DNA of 64,000 nucleotides from the human T2T-CHM13v2.0 reference genome, Homo sapiens. This document shows, one piece after another, positions 43,813-64,000 of the stretch. Numbering within the stretch: the first letter of the stretch is position 1; each line of letters opens with the position of its first letter. The notes beneath the pieces are model-generated. The model searched no databases and had not been told where the DNA came from. It saw nothing but the letters and a program-made list of their open reading frames with translations. The translations under genes were made by a program, and so were the position numbers. The DNA lies in assembly GCF_009914755.1 (NCBI RefSeq), contig NC_060930.1; one strand, written 5' to 3'.

Positions 43813-44545
43813 GACACTGTTAAGAGATGAACCAGGTGTTACCACTGTGTCCCCAATGCCTGGGATAGTGAGTGACAGTATTGATGTTTGTGCAATAAAT
43901 GTTTACAATGTGTATCTACTAGCAGCTTTCGATAATTTGAATTATTTATAAAAGGCAAAATAAACAAAAGTGGTATCTAAGATTAACCACTAACTTAGTA
44001 AAATTCCATTTATACCACAGGTTGTTCTGGTACAAAGCATACAATAACTCCCATGTTACATATAATTTGACTTGTTCAATAACAAGAAAATTACTCAAAT
44101 ATTATAATGGAGTTAAAATGTATTTAATAGATCTAAAAAATTTTGGCTCTATCAAAACTTAGGTCTCAATTATAACATTACTAAAGTGCTTGTAAAAATT
44201 ATCCCAGATTTCTGGCTACAGCTTGTATAAAGGCCTATTTTTTTTTTTTTACAGTTTTATTTTGGTTGAAGATTTTTCTCCAAAATAGCTATTCCAGATG
44301 GCTTAACAGTCCCAGAAGTGAAAAATCTTAAGATATTTCATTTATAACCATTAGAGTCTTAATAAAACCCTAGTAAATACTCTCCCTTCTGGATGGTTTA
44401 AAGGTCCCTTCAGGCAAGCTGGCTGCGTAAACACCAGAGCCCTCTTCATAAGATAAGTTTGCTCAAAAGGTCAACTTTTACAGAGAAATTCCTACCTCAT
44501 TAGTGTAAGGGAAAATTAACATGACCTGTTTTCATTACTTAAAAT

Positions 44546-44579
<34 letters not shown>

Positions 44580-44694
44580 CAGAAAAATAGAAAAGGGTGG
44601 GAAAAATGAAGAAAATTAAAAGAAATTCTACTTCCTATATCTGTCCTGCTTAGAGAAGACAAGTTATAGCAAAATGAGTACTTCAGGTTTCTCT

Positions 44695-44700
44695 TTTAAT
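44695..44700 (-). terminator. PSMB1 polyadenylation signal (ATTAAA)
   Basis: ATTAAA on the minus strand ~80 nt after the TGA stop, followed by T-rich sequence on the sense strand. Confidence 0.75.
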
Positions 44701-44778
44701 AAACAAAACCATCCAAGGTACAGTTCCAAAGTACAAAATCAACCAGGTCTGAACTGATTGGTGATAAGAGCACACAGA

Positions 44779-63883
<19,105 letters not shown>

Positions 63884-63895
<12 letters not shown>

Positions 63896-64000
63896 ATTAT
63901 CAACGCGCGCCAGGGGTTCAGTGAGGTCGGGCAGGTTCGCTGTGGCGGGCGCCTGGGCCGCCGGCTGTTTAACTTCGCTTCCGCTGGCCCATAGTGATCT
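63884..64000 (+). other. TBP: TBP non-coding exon 1 (5' UTR), running off the window end
   Basis: ggcggaagtgacattatcaacgcgcgccaggggttcagtgagg...cccatagtgatct matches the 5' end of human TBP mRNA as recalled; TBP is known to lie head-to-head with PSMB1. Confidence 0.9.

Overview
Human (or very close primate) genomic DNA that I recognise as distal chromosome 6q27. The right third holds the complete six-exon proteasome subunit gene PSMB1 on the minus strand (CDS exons 62793-62681, 58668-58561, 55735-55654, 53280-53151, 46899-46793, 44964-44779; 726 nt, 241 aa; codon 11 is Ala). It lies head-to-head with the first non-coding exon of TBP (from about 63884) across a ~1 kb promoter region. The left two-thirds has no supportable protein-coding gene. 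It contains a polypurine tract, three large minisatellites (40-bp x ~85, 36-bp x ~95, 41/42-bp x ~49), a decayed near-full-length L1, many Alus, LTRs and DNA-transposon fossils. The main leads are: (1) the 36-bp array carries about 50 perfect p53-family decamer half-sites at fixed spacing; (2) PSMB1 exon 5 has a tandemly duplicated 5' splice site 19 nt downstream and is bracketed by a ~355-bp direct repeat; (3) the 41/42-bp VNTR arose inside a MER82 transposon and multiplies an E-box pair. Repeat subfamily names and gene identities come from recognition by eye, not database searches.
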